Part shown: piece after piece, positions 45,778-55,252 of the stretch
Layout: each line of letters starts with the position of its first letter
Numbering within the stretch: the first letter of the stretch is position 1
Source of the DNA: Epithemia pelagica
Lineage: Eukaryota > Protista > Bacillariophyta
NCBI GenBank assembly: GCA_946965045.2
Contig: OX337230.1
Location: 4,154,001 to 4,218,000, forward strand
Direction: 5' to 3'
DNA length: 64,000 nt
Notes under the pieces: model-generated
The model's database searches: none
Seen by the model: the letters and a program-made list of their open reading frames with translations, nothing else
Told to the model about the DNA's origin: nothing
Position numbers and translations under genes: made by a program

Positions 45778-48700
45778 TTGACAATGGCGGCAGATTCCTC
45801 CGACGGAGTAAGTCGACTCAATCGCGAGCTTCATGCACTCAACAATTGGAAAGCCGAACTCTTCTGCAGTGACATTATTGGATATGAGAATCCTGTTGAT
45901 CCCTTTCAATTTACTGATAGGTCAAGGTACAAAGCCACACGGTGCAAACCTACCAACAAGACACAGACACATCCTATTGTTTTTGACTCTTCCAAATTCC
46001 CACCAACTAAAGAAGGCTTGAACAAGCTTTTATGTCACTTGAAGAAACTTGGAATTGCTCATGGTATGAATCTTATCTCTCGAAGTTCCAGTGGAGTTTT
46101 ATCTTGCTATCGATGCCGCACTTTTATTCGCAACAAAGCACTGTCATCTGACAAAAGTGCTACCGACAACGATCTTTGTATTCCCATTGACTCTTCGAAA
46201 GATTTTGATGAAGATGGCATTCAACTTGGGATACGGTCCTACACATATCATCGTGATAAATCAAATGAACGTCCTGATGGAAAGTCGTCTCAAAGGGGAA
46301 CCTGCAGTGGTCGTCCATTGCACATTGAGGAAACATGCAAGGTGTCTTTACGCTTTGGTATTCGTGAAGGACATGATGGATACATCTATTTGAAACAAGG
46401 GTGTGGATATGCATTCCATACAAACCATCCGAAACCCATTCCGGGAGAACTCTCCCTGAAATCAAGACATCTATCAGAGTCAGCAGTAGCTGTTATCAAG
46501 AGTGGTGGTAATGCTTCAATTGGATCTGGATCTGTTCGATACTTTGTGCTCGAGCATAAACAGGAACTTATATCGAGGGGATCAATGCAACGCCTTCAAA
46601 TGGTACCCTCATTTCTGCAAAATTCGTCTAATCCTGTCAATGAGCACTCAACTGCATCGATGATGATCAACTGGATGAGGAAGAATGCAAGCGATCCAAA
46701 TGTCAGATTGCGCTATTGTTTTCTTTCTTGTCGAAAGGAAGGTCGGGCTTTCCATCGCCATTCAAAAGGACGACCACCAACCAATGGACACTTATCAATT
46801 TCAGACGTTGAAGATAGAATGACTTATGTTGATGTTCTTGAGTCCACACACAAGACAAGTAACGACTTTCAAGAAGAGACAACAGACATTGGCCTTGAAT
46901 CGAATGAAGCATTAACAGACGCTTCAAATGCCTCAAGGGAGATAAACCAGGATCTCCAAATTGACGTTTCTTCCAAACGTGTTTTACTTGGTGCTGCATG
47001 GATTGACATGGAAGCTTATCGCCTGTTCCTCCGTTTTCCAGAGATTCTTTTTGTTGATTCTACGCACAAGACGAATAATGAAGGAAGACCATTGCTCTTA
47101 ATGTGTGGCAGAGACCAAAATGGTAAAGCCTTTGTTGTTTGTCGGATTTTTATGCCCAATGAAACAAGTGCATTCTATCGATGGGTCTTTCTCAAGTGTC
47201 TCCCATCTATGATTGGCAGAGATCACTTACAACGAGTTCGCCTAGTAGTCACTGATGGTGACGCGCAAGAGTTTGATGCAGTCGAAGAAGCATGTTGCTC
47301 AGTCCTACCATTGGTTAGAAGATCCCGATGTATGTATCACATTGTTCAAAAGACGTTTGAACGTTCAATAAACAATCATTATTGCTTGGACGCATCGTCA
47401 CATATAGTTTTGAAAGAGATAAAAAGATGGATATACAGTTGGTCTGATGGAAGCTCATGCGTCACAAAGACACAATATGAGTTATCAAAGGGACTTCTGC
47501 TAAAACGAATTCAGAGTGGGGTGTTGGAGCCGTTTTTCACACCGACGGGATTAACAGAAATCGAGCGGTGGATTATAGAGAAAATACTTCCACAGGAAAG
47601 CTCTACTGCCTTTTGGAGAAAAACATATCACCGATGTTTTGATGAATACATGAACAATTCGGGAGAAGCAATGAATCGTTCATGCAAAAATTCAGACATC
47701 TCAGCGAAACCAAACATGTGCATGGCTACGGCAGCCAACGCAATGCTTAACCATTCTTCTCTTGCAGCCAAAGATCGAAGAGTGAATCTTGCTCGACAAC
47801 TTTCAGAAGTTCCTTTATACATTCGACATGATTCAAAGCATAATATCAAGGCTTTATCTGGTGTTTCAAATATGGCACGTCACATGGTTATCCAACAATA
47901 TCGCCAACGAACCCAATACACTGTTGCAAGGTATGCCCCCAACCAATGGTACGTTCTCCGAAATTCTATAAGTGGCTTGTCGGAATTTAGAACGAGCACA
48001 CTTTGCCCTCCTGTGTTTAAGAATGCATGGAAAGTGGTAAACAATGATGGATATCTACAGTGTTCCTGTGGTTACATGCACAGGCACGGGATCCCTTGTC
48101 GTCATCTATTTGCGATTGAACCAGAATATGACACTTCAGACATCGATGTGCGATGGCATCTTGCATATGGTTATTATGCCCATTCTGATGGATTTTCCTC
48201 CCTTACAGAGGCATATGCTGATCTCCAGAAAATGGATCAGATTGGGCTTCGTTTGAAAACAGACATCTCCACAGAAGAAGACTATCCTTATATCTGGTCA
48301 GGCACCGAATATACTATTGACGACATCCTAGAAATTGCAAACAGTCCAGTTCCTCTATGCTGGAACTATACTGTCTCGGAATATCCAACTCAGTATCAGC
48401 CAATAGAAAGAGATCGTACAGGAAAAGAAAGAGAAGATATAGATGACACTGAGTTTCCTTTCACACAAGAGACTACAATGGAGGAGGAGATCGTCGACTC
48501 TGATAAAGTGGACTGCAATGAGTATCAGTTTCAAATGCCATTATCCGACGAGGTAAAGCAGTCAGCTTTGATAACCTTTTTCAAGGATATGCTTCCCTTG
48601 TTCAACTGCCGCTCATCTCGGAAACATCTCATGACAATTCTAAGTGAAGCGCGACAAAACCAATCCCGTGATTTAGGAAGAAAACGCAGACGTGTACTTG

Positions 48701-48804
48701 AGGGCAACAGGACGACAAATGAAATGGACCAATTTATTTCAAGCAATATCGACTTCGACAATTCTCGAAGTTCATATCAACAAACTTACTACAGAAACAG
48801 ATAA
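45778..48804 (+). CDS. MULE transposase with SWIM Zn finger (intact, 1008 aa)
   Basis: FVDSTHKTN, VVTDGD, RCMYH and NNSGEAMN motifs; SWIM CSCGYMHRHGIPCRH. Confidence 0.92.
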   Translation: MTMAADSSDGVSRLNRELHALNNWKAELFCSDIIGYENPVDPFQFTDRSRYKATRCKPTNKTQTHPIVFDSSKFPPTKEGLNKLLCHLKKLGIAHGMNLISRSSSGVLSCYRCRTFIRNKALSSDKSATDNDLCIPIDSSKDFDEDGIQLGIRSYTYHRDKSNERPDGKSSQRGTCSGRPLHIEETCKVSLRFGIREGHDGYIYLKQGCGYAFHTNHPKPIPGELSLKSRHLSESAVAVIKSGGNASIGSGSVRYFVLEHKQELISRGSMQRLQMVPSFLQNSSNPVNEHSTASMMINWMRKNASDPNVRLRYCFLSCRKEGRAFHRHSKGRPPTNGHLSISDVEDRMTYVDVLESTHKTSNDFQEETTDIGLESNEALTDASNASREINQDLQIDVSSKRVLLGAAWIDMEAYRLFLRFPEILFVDSTHKTNNEGRPLLLMCGRDQNGKAFVVCRIFMPNETSAFYRWVFLKCLPSMIGRDHLQRVRLVVTDGDAQEFDAVEEACCSVLPLVRRSRCMYHIVQKTFERSINNHYCLDASSHIVLKEIKRWIYSWSDGSSCVTKTQYELSKGLLLKRIQSGVLEPFFTPTGLTEIERWIIEKILPQESSTAFWRKTYHRCFDEYMNNSGEAMNRSCKNSDISAKPNMCMATAANAMLNHSSLAAKDRRVNLARQLSEVPLYIRHDSKHNIKALSGVSNMARHMVIQQYRQRTQYTVARYAPNQWYVLRNSISGLSEFRTSTLCPPVFKNAWKVVNNDGYLQCSCGYMHRHGIPCRHLFAIEPEYDTSDIDVRWHLAYGYYAHSDGFSSLTEAYADLQKMDQIGLRLKTDISTEEDYPYIWSGTEYTIDDILEIANSPVPLCWNYTVSEYPTQYQPIERDRTGKEREDIDDTEFPFTQETTMEEEIVDSDKVDCNEYQFQMPLSDEVKQSALITFFKDMLPLFNCRSSRKHLMTILSEARQNQSRDLGRKRRRVLEGNRTTNEMDQFISSNIDFDNSRSSYQQTYYRNR

Positions 48805-48839
48805 TGATGTGATTAGAAACATGAATTTTTGTGTGTCAT

Positions 48840-50294
48840 TTATACTTGTTTGAGGTAGTCACGAATACATTCTTCAATTGGAGTCGAGCCCAGATCATTA
48901 TTGTTTTTCCCCACAACTGACGTTTTCATATACAAGGAAAGAACAAAGACGTCTGAATCAACAACTTTTTTTGAAACACAATGGTATTCTTGAGGGTTGA
49001 AAATCAGGATGTCCAGATTTCGAAGAGCAACTTTGTGACCAAGTTCAGGAAAGACAAAGTAGCATAAGACTTCTTCGTTTTGACAAACAGATTCTTCAGG
49101 ACTCATTGCAACGACCACAGAGTACCCATAGTCTTGGTCTTTGTGAGCTGCTAGGAAAACATTCCGTCCGAAGGATATAGCACTGAAGAAGGTAGATTTC
49201 TTTCCATCGACTCCCAAAGTCGGGATGTCTTGAATCTTAATGAAATTCGAAAAGCCAAAAATGTAGGACCAGTCCGCCCAAGCGTAGAACTCCTCTTCGA
49301 TCTGTTTGACAAACCTGACCATCGTTTTCAAGTCTTTCTTGCTCATCAAATGTAACTTGGATGGAACAATTCCTTTCCCACCTCGGTTTGCCGTCATTCC
49401 AACTGTTACATACGATGATTTGTTTGAATCTTGTGCCACAAATTGTTTTTTGCCTCTCTGTTGGAACTTTACCTGACTCTCAAGTTTCGCGAGAACCTCG
49501 ATGACTTTGTCTTCGAAAGCAAAGGTGGTAAGGTTCTTGTTTCTCGGAGTTTTGAGGAAGACGGGAAGCTCAGCTTTTTGTGGACGAAACATGGCCCCAC
49601 CTTGTCCCACATCAGTTGTTAGAAACAATGACAATGAAATGAAGTCCAACTGAGAAGATGTTTGATTGTTAGAAACAAACAAAGACTCAGATGCGTCATC
49701 TTTGAAAACACAGCATTTTTTGTCAAGAACTTGTTCAGACAGTGTGTGTTCACTTGAGGCATTGTCAACCTTCTTCAGTTCCATCTGCTTCTTTGATTTT
49801 TTATTCCGATGGTATCGCTGATTTTTAGATCTTGCCTTGGAGCATCCATGCAATATAACCTGTCCAACTTGTGTTCGTCGTGAAGAAGGCTTGTTAGACT
49901 TGAACGTATGTATGATGTTGGTGATAGAGCAATCGTTTTTTTTGTAGCTGTGCTTGCTAAGGTTTCGGATCAACTTTGAAGCAGTTTTCTTCTTTGTAGT
50001 GTGCGATGAATTCAGTCCCGCCCTATGGATAGAAGATCTATCCAAGCGCAAGGCGGTGAGACCCTTGTCATTTGATGCATGACACATGCTCGAAGAGCAT
50101 GTTGGGTCTGATCGGCCACCCTTGAGAACTTTTGCGTCGCCACATGATTCCATCTTTTCTGCCAGTCCCGCCCAATGGAAAGAAGATCTATCCACGGACA
50201 AGGCGGTGAGACCCTTGCCATTGGAATGGCACACACTCATAGAGTGTGCTGGGTCTGATTGGCCACCCTTAAGAACTTTTTTGGCAACAGACAT
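48840..50294 (-). CDS. TET/JBP-like Fe(II)-dependent dioxygenase (484 aa)
   Basis: H384-K-D386 (49137-49145) and distal H438 (48981-48983) in AHKDQD...YFVFPELGHKVALRNLDILIFNPQEYHCVS...SLYMK. This matches the compact double-stranded beta-helix pattern of TET/JBP enzymes. Lys/Arg-rich N-terminal half. Confidence 0.68.
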   Translation of the reverse strand: MSVAKKVLKGGQSDPAHSMSVCHSNGKGLTALSVDRSSFHWAGLAEKMESCGDAKVLKGGRSDPTCSSSMCHASNDKGLTALRLDRSSIHRAGLNSSHTTKKKTASKLIRNLSKHSYKKNDCSITNIIHTFKSNKPSSRRTQVGQVILHGCSKARSKNQRYHRNKKSKKQMELKKVDNASSEHTLSEQVLDKKCCVFKDDASESLFVSNNQTSSQLDFISLSLFLTTDVGQGGAMFRPQKAELPVFLKTPRNKNLTTFAFEDKVIEVLAKLESQVKFQQRGKKQFVAQDSNKSSYVTVGMTANRGGKGIVPSKLHLMSKKDLKTMVRFVKQIEEEFYAWADWSYIFGFSNFIKIQDIPTLGVDGKKSTFFSAISFGRNVFLAAHKDQDYGYSVVVAMSPEESVCQNEEVLCYFVFPELGHKVALRNLDILIFNPQEYHCVSKKVVDSDVFVLSLYMKTSVVGKNNNDLGSTPIEECIRDYLKQV

Positions 50295-50436
50295 TTAGAA
50301 GAAGACCACAACAGACTTGAGCAGGAGTAAACTTTTCTTTTAATCTGGAAAGAACAATGTGCAACAAAAAATATAAGCAAGGAGGTAAGCAAGGAGTTGG
50401 AGCAATATACGTGACATCCATTCAAACAACAACCCA

Positions 50437-51723
50437 ACTTACCAATGTAGAGTTATGCTTGTTCAAAGATGGTCAGTCCCAAGAGACAAAAAAGTCGTAC
50501 CACTCCACTCAATCCAGTACAACTTTTTCTGTAGCAATTCGCCGGAATGCGGTTTACAACTGTTGTAAAGAGGGGTTAGAGACGGTTCTAATGCAAAAGA
50601 GTAGACTCCAATCTGACTTACCAATGTAGAGTTATGCTTGTTCAAAGATTGACAGTCCCAAGAGACAAAAAAGTCGTACCACTCCACTCAATCCAGTACA
50701 ACTTTTTCTGTAGCAATTCGCCAGAATGCGGTTTACAACTGTTGTAAAGAGGGGTTAGAGACGGTTCTAATGCAAAAGAGTAGACTCCAATCTGACTTAC
50801 CAATGTAGAGTTATGCTTGTTCAAAGATTGACAGTCCCAAGAGACAAAAAAGTCGTACCACTCCACTCAATCCAGTACAACTTTTTCTGTAGCAATTCGC
50901 CAGAATGCGGTTTACAACTGTTGTAAAGAGGGGTTAGAGACGGTTGTAATGCAAAAGAGTAGACTCCAATCTGACTTACCAATGTAGAGTTATGCTTGTT
51001 CAAAGATTGACAGTCCCAAGAGACAAAAAAGTCGTACCACTCCACTCAATCCAGTACAACTTTTTCTGTAGCAATTCGCCAGAATGCGGTTTACAACTGT
51101 TGTAAAGAGGGGTTAGAGACGGTTCTAATGCAAAAGAGTAGACTCCAATCTGACTTACCAATGTAGAGTTATGCTTGTTCAAAGATTGACAGTCCCAAGA
51201 GACAAAAAAGTCGTACCACTCCACTCAATCCAGTACAACTTTTTCTGTAGCAATTCGCCAGAATGCGGTTTACAACTGTTGTAAAGAGGGGTTAGAGACG
51301 GTTCTAATGCAAAAGAGTAGACTCCAATCTGACTTACCAATGTAGAGTTATGCTTGTTCAAAGATTGACAGTCCCAAGAGACAAAAAAGTCGTACCACTC
51401 CACTCAATCCAGTACAACTTTTTCTGTAGCAATTCGCCAGAATGCGGTTTACAACTGTTGTAAAGAGGGGTTAGAGACGGTTCTAATGCAAAAGAGTAGA
51501 CTCCAATCTGACTTACCAATGTAGAGTTATGCTTGTTCAAAGATTGACAGTCCCAAGAGACAAAAAAGTCGTACCACTCCACTCAATCCAGTACAACTTT
51601 TTCTGTAGCAATTCGCCAGAATGCGGTCTACAACTGTTGTAAAGAGGGGTTAGAGACGGTTCTAATGCAAAAGAGTAGACTCCAATCTGACTTACCAATG
51701 TAGAGTTATGCTTGTTCAAAGAT
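50437..51723. repeat. Tandem array of 179-bp units, 7 full copies plus a 34-bp partial
   Basis: ACTTACCAATG recurs at 50437, 50616, ... 51690 (exact 179 period); only a few substitutions between units. Confidence 0.97.
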
Positions 51724-51914
51724 GAGGGATGGGTCAATGGTTTTTTGTTGTTGGTTGTGCTTTGTGCAGACTGTGTAGTGTGCTTGTTGTTTTGGAGAGT
51801 GTGAGAGAAGAACTAGCGAGTTGGTCAGTGGTGCTTCAACGGTCAAAACTAGCGAGCATGTCATTCTAGGGAGTTAAATTACAGGTAAAGGGAATTTCTA
51901 GCAAGGAAACCGGA

Positions 51915-52007
51915 AAAAAGAAAATTTTGTTGTCTGTGTCCACTTGGGAACCTATGGAAGTGGCACAGACAAAAAACAGCTAAGCAGTGGACACTGATAC
52001 CGAGGGT
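51915..52007 (-). repeat. Right TIR (93 bp)
   Basis: Exact reverse complement of 45521-45613. Confidence 0.93.
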
Positions 52008-52699
52008 CGTACCCGAGTGTTATGGGTCAGTGTTGAGGTTTGCCACGTCACTTTGATATGGCTCGACTCGAATAGTTCGATGGTGTTCCCAGAGATCAAA
52101 TTTCGGCTTCGCATTTTTGGATCGAGTACTGTCTGGTCTTATAGAGGTGCGAGCCTTCTTATTCTTATGGCTCCCATGTTCTTCGCTGGAATGCGTTTGA
52201 AATAATTCGAATATTTACTCGTACAAGTAAGTATGCGCACATGCAGTCAGTAGCGTTGGAGCAGCCAAAGGCGAGCGTGCCCACAGTGGTCCGATCGATG
52301 CTCACAAATTGAAAATTGGAACACGCCAAACGTCGTCTCTGGTTCTCTGTTTGGCTCGGGCCACGAACGAGGTCGCGGCCACTTTGGAATTTGCAACGAC
52401 TCTCTCTCAAGACAAATAATAATAATAATAATAATAATGGGACGACAAGAGTAACACTGGAATTCATTCCTGGGAGCATCTCAGATTTCATAGTATGCGC
52501 TACCCAAAGCTCTGTCATAACGAACGACCGCAGGGTATCCCATAGAGAACAACATGTGGTCGTCGGATCCACGAGAGTACCCTGGCGTGTGTGTGCCCTG
52601 ACAATGATAGGGTGGCGAGACTGGGCGTCGTCTCCATGAAAAGGACAGTTTGCTCGTCCGAAATGACTTGTCGGTTGGAGATTGATTACAACAAAGATC

Positions 52700-53135
52700 T
52701 TCACTCTATCGAAACGCACTGGCTTTTGGATTGCTCACAAAGATCTTGGACCAAGACACTCGATCGAAACTCACTGACTCCATGATTGATCACAAAGATT
52801 GCCGACCAAGACACTAGATCGAAACTCATTGGCTTTGGGATTGATCGCGAAGATCTTCGACCAAGACACTCGATCGAAACTCACTGTCTCCAGGATTGAT
52901 CGCAAATATCTTCGAACAAGACACTTTTTCAAAACTCAGTTGCTCCAGGACTGCTCACAAAGATCGTCGAACAAAAGACACTCTATCGAAACTCACTGTC
53001 TTTAGAATTGATTCGAACAAGACACTCGATCGAAACTCACTGACTCCAGGATTGATCGCAACGATCTTCGAACAAGACACGATATTGAAACTCAGTTGCT
53101 CCAGGATTTATCACAAACCTCTTCGAACAAGGCAC
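52700..53135. repeat. Degenerate 55-bp minisatellite (~8 copies)
   Basis: (C/A)CAAGACACT recurs at 52751, 52806, 52861 and 52916; consensus ~GACCAAGACACTCGATCGAAACTCACTGACTCCAGGATTGATCGCAAAGATCTTC. Confidence 0.85.
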
Positions 53136-54766
53136 GATGGATTTTGAAACGGAATAATATTTCAATACACAAGGCCATGAAAACTGGATGAGAAAAGGTG
53201 GAGAAATGGCAACATGAGACGTACCATCATGGAAAGCAGAATGCGGTTACCTTTCACGTCCTGAGAAGCGCAATATCATGCGTTCCAAGACTCATCATCA
53301 TCATCAGACACCACTTTACAGTTCCATACAGCAGGGTCGTCTTTTGTAGGCTTTGTGTGCATTCAGGTAGCAAACGCAATGCTGAAAGCTTTCAAGGCGT
53401 ACAAGGAACAGAGGTTAGTACTTTTTCGTGGACTTGTTTCGGTGAGGTTATGCAATGAGGTGGCGCCGATGCAAAACAACATCAAGTCTGGATGCGTCTG
53501 GAACAGTTCCTACATCATTTTGTTTCGTATGGAAAGGTTTGGAAGTTCCAAGTCATCACAGCGAAGATGCTCATAACTCTTGACGATTCGGAAGATTGCA
53601 GGCTCCACTAGGTTGACCAGGCCTACCTAGTTTCTACCGTTGGAATTTGGAACAGACACACTATTTTACTGGAAATTGGAACTATATCGTCGTGTTATGT
53701 AGTGTACGTTCCACATTCGACGCCCCTCGAATGTGTTTGACCACGATTCATTACTAGCTAGGCCCTAGAGCTAGATAGGCCGTGCACTCAGGTAGTTTTG
53801 CACAATCGATGCGTCTCACACAACCCATCGGTAGAACACTGTGATATTTTATTTTGTTTAAGGCTTTTAACCATTCAGACATCTAAGGAATACCGAATAG
53901 TTACTACCTGTCGGCTGCCTGAACATGTGCTACGATGCGCAGTGAATACTAGCTAGCCCAAGAAGACGTCTTGACACTCTCTTGACCATTCTTGTTCTTG
54001 CAAGAGTCCGATCTTGATCATGATGATGTGAACGTCAAACAGAAAATAAAGCAAAAAAGCTTTTCAATGGTGTGTTTTCCGAGTTAATGGATATCAGGGC
54101 GGGGTTACTCTGCTCTTTACGCCATTGTCGAAGTATCGTGTGCTCTCCTCATAATGTTCCTGTAGCAAAACGCCCATGGCATTTCCAGGTTATATCAGGT
54201 TCCCCTAGAAGGAAATGAAAAATGATCAATGGTAACTTTATGTGCGTGCCTTACCTGAATACGAGGACAATCGTCTATCCACTCCTTTAGTTCAACTACC
54301 TATAGATGTAGCATGATATGATATTGTGTGATGATTACGGTGTGATGTGTGATCGATCAATGTAGCCAACGCGTAGCCCTCTAGCTAATTCGATTCAGGA
54401 GGCGATTCAAGATAGCAATTCTTGATTCTTCTATCATCTCTTCGTAACATTACCTCTGCTGCGCACGGCCGCTACCCGCAATCCACAATGATGGACCATG
54501 GACCATTGGAAGTTGGAAATTAGAAGGCCCCCTTCACCTTCAGCCTTCACCTCTCATTTTCGGCATGAGTGATCTGGGACTCAGTCGAATTGGAGGCTCA
54601 TGGCTCATGTCTCATGTCTCATGTCACCGATTTAATCGACGTGACATGTGCTAATAATAAGTAAATAAGTCCTGCGGGATTTTCTTGGTCAGAAGTTTCT
54701 TGCTTAGGGTTCTTGTTTGCATTTGTTATCTTGTAGGACGCGACTGTATTGTTCATTGATCTTCTA

Positions 54767-55046
54767 CCGTAAATAGCGGAACTTAAGAACCACCGCTTAT
54801 AAGAACCACTTTGGTCGGACATGTCCCTTCACCCCCACTTCCCACTACCTAGTGTTTTAGGTGCACATGCATCCTCTACCCCCTATTCCAAAGAGAAGCG
54901 AACAGTCACCCCCCGAATTTTAAGAACAATAAAGGGGAGATATAAGAAAATTTTCAGGGGTCACCCTTTTGTTATATTGCGGAAGATAAGAACCATTTTG
55001 CCCGAAATGAGGACATTTGGTGGTTCTTAAGTTCCGCTATTTACGG
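54767..55046. mobile_element. MITE (Tc1/mariner-pogo type), 280 bp
   Basis: Perfect 28-bp TIRs CCGTAAATAGCGGAACTTAAGAACCACC; TA TSD (54765-54766, 55047-55048); internal TAAGAAC repeats. Confidence 0.9.
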
Positions 55047-55252
55047 TAGTTGGATTCCCGGTTGCGATTGAACTCTGCATACTTGCGAGGTTCCGTCATC
55101 AACTAGCCAGATCACTGGATGGTTGTGAGAATGGAATTGTGAATTGTGGCACTAGATGTGATGACGGTAGGTTAGACGAACGAAAGCAAATTTAATACAA
55201 AACAGGAACTTTCTTACCTTTTACACACCATGGCACCATTTCACACCATCCA

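Larger units (their letters stand above)
45521..52007 (+). mobile_element. Mutator-like (MULE) DNA transposon, 6487 bp, carrying a TET/JBP-like cargo gene and a tandem array
   Basis: Perfect 93-bp TIRs (45521-45613, 51915-52007) enclose the transposase, a convergent dioxygenase ORF and the 179-bp array. No 8-10 bp TSD recognised. Confidence 0.88.

Noticed and set aside
50463-51737. Seven repeated 74-aa ORFs (MEWYDFFVSW...) and a possible CRISPR-like array
   Set aside because: These are by-products of a 179-bp (non-triplet) tandem repeat. Units have no variable spacers, so this is not CRISPR.
45510-52020. Target-site duplication for the MULE element
   Set aside because: The flanks (CATCTGGTTT vs CGTACCCGAG) share no 8-10 bp, TA or TTAA duplication, so no TSD is claimed.
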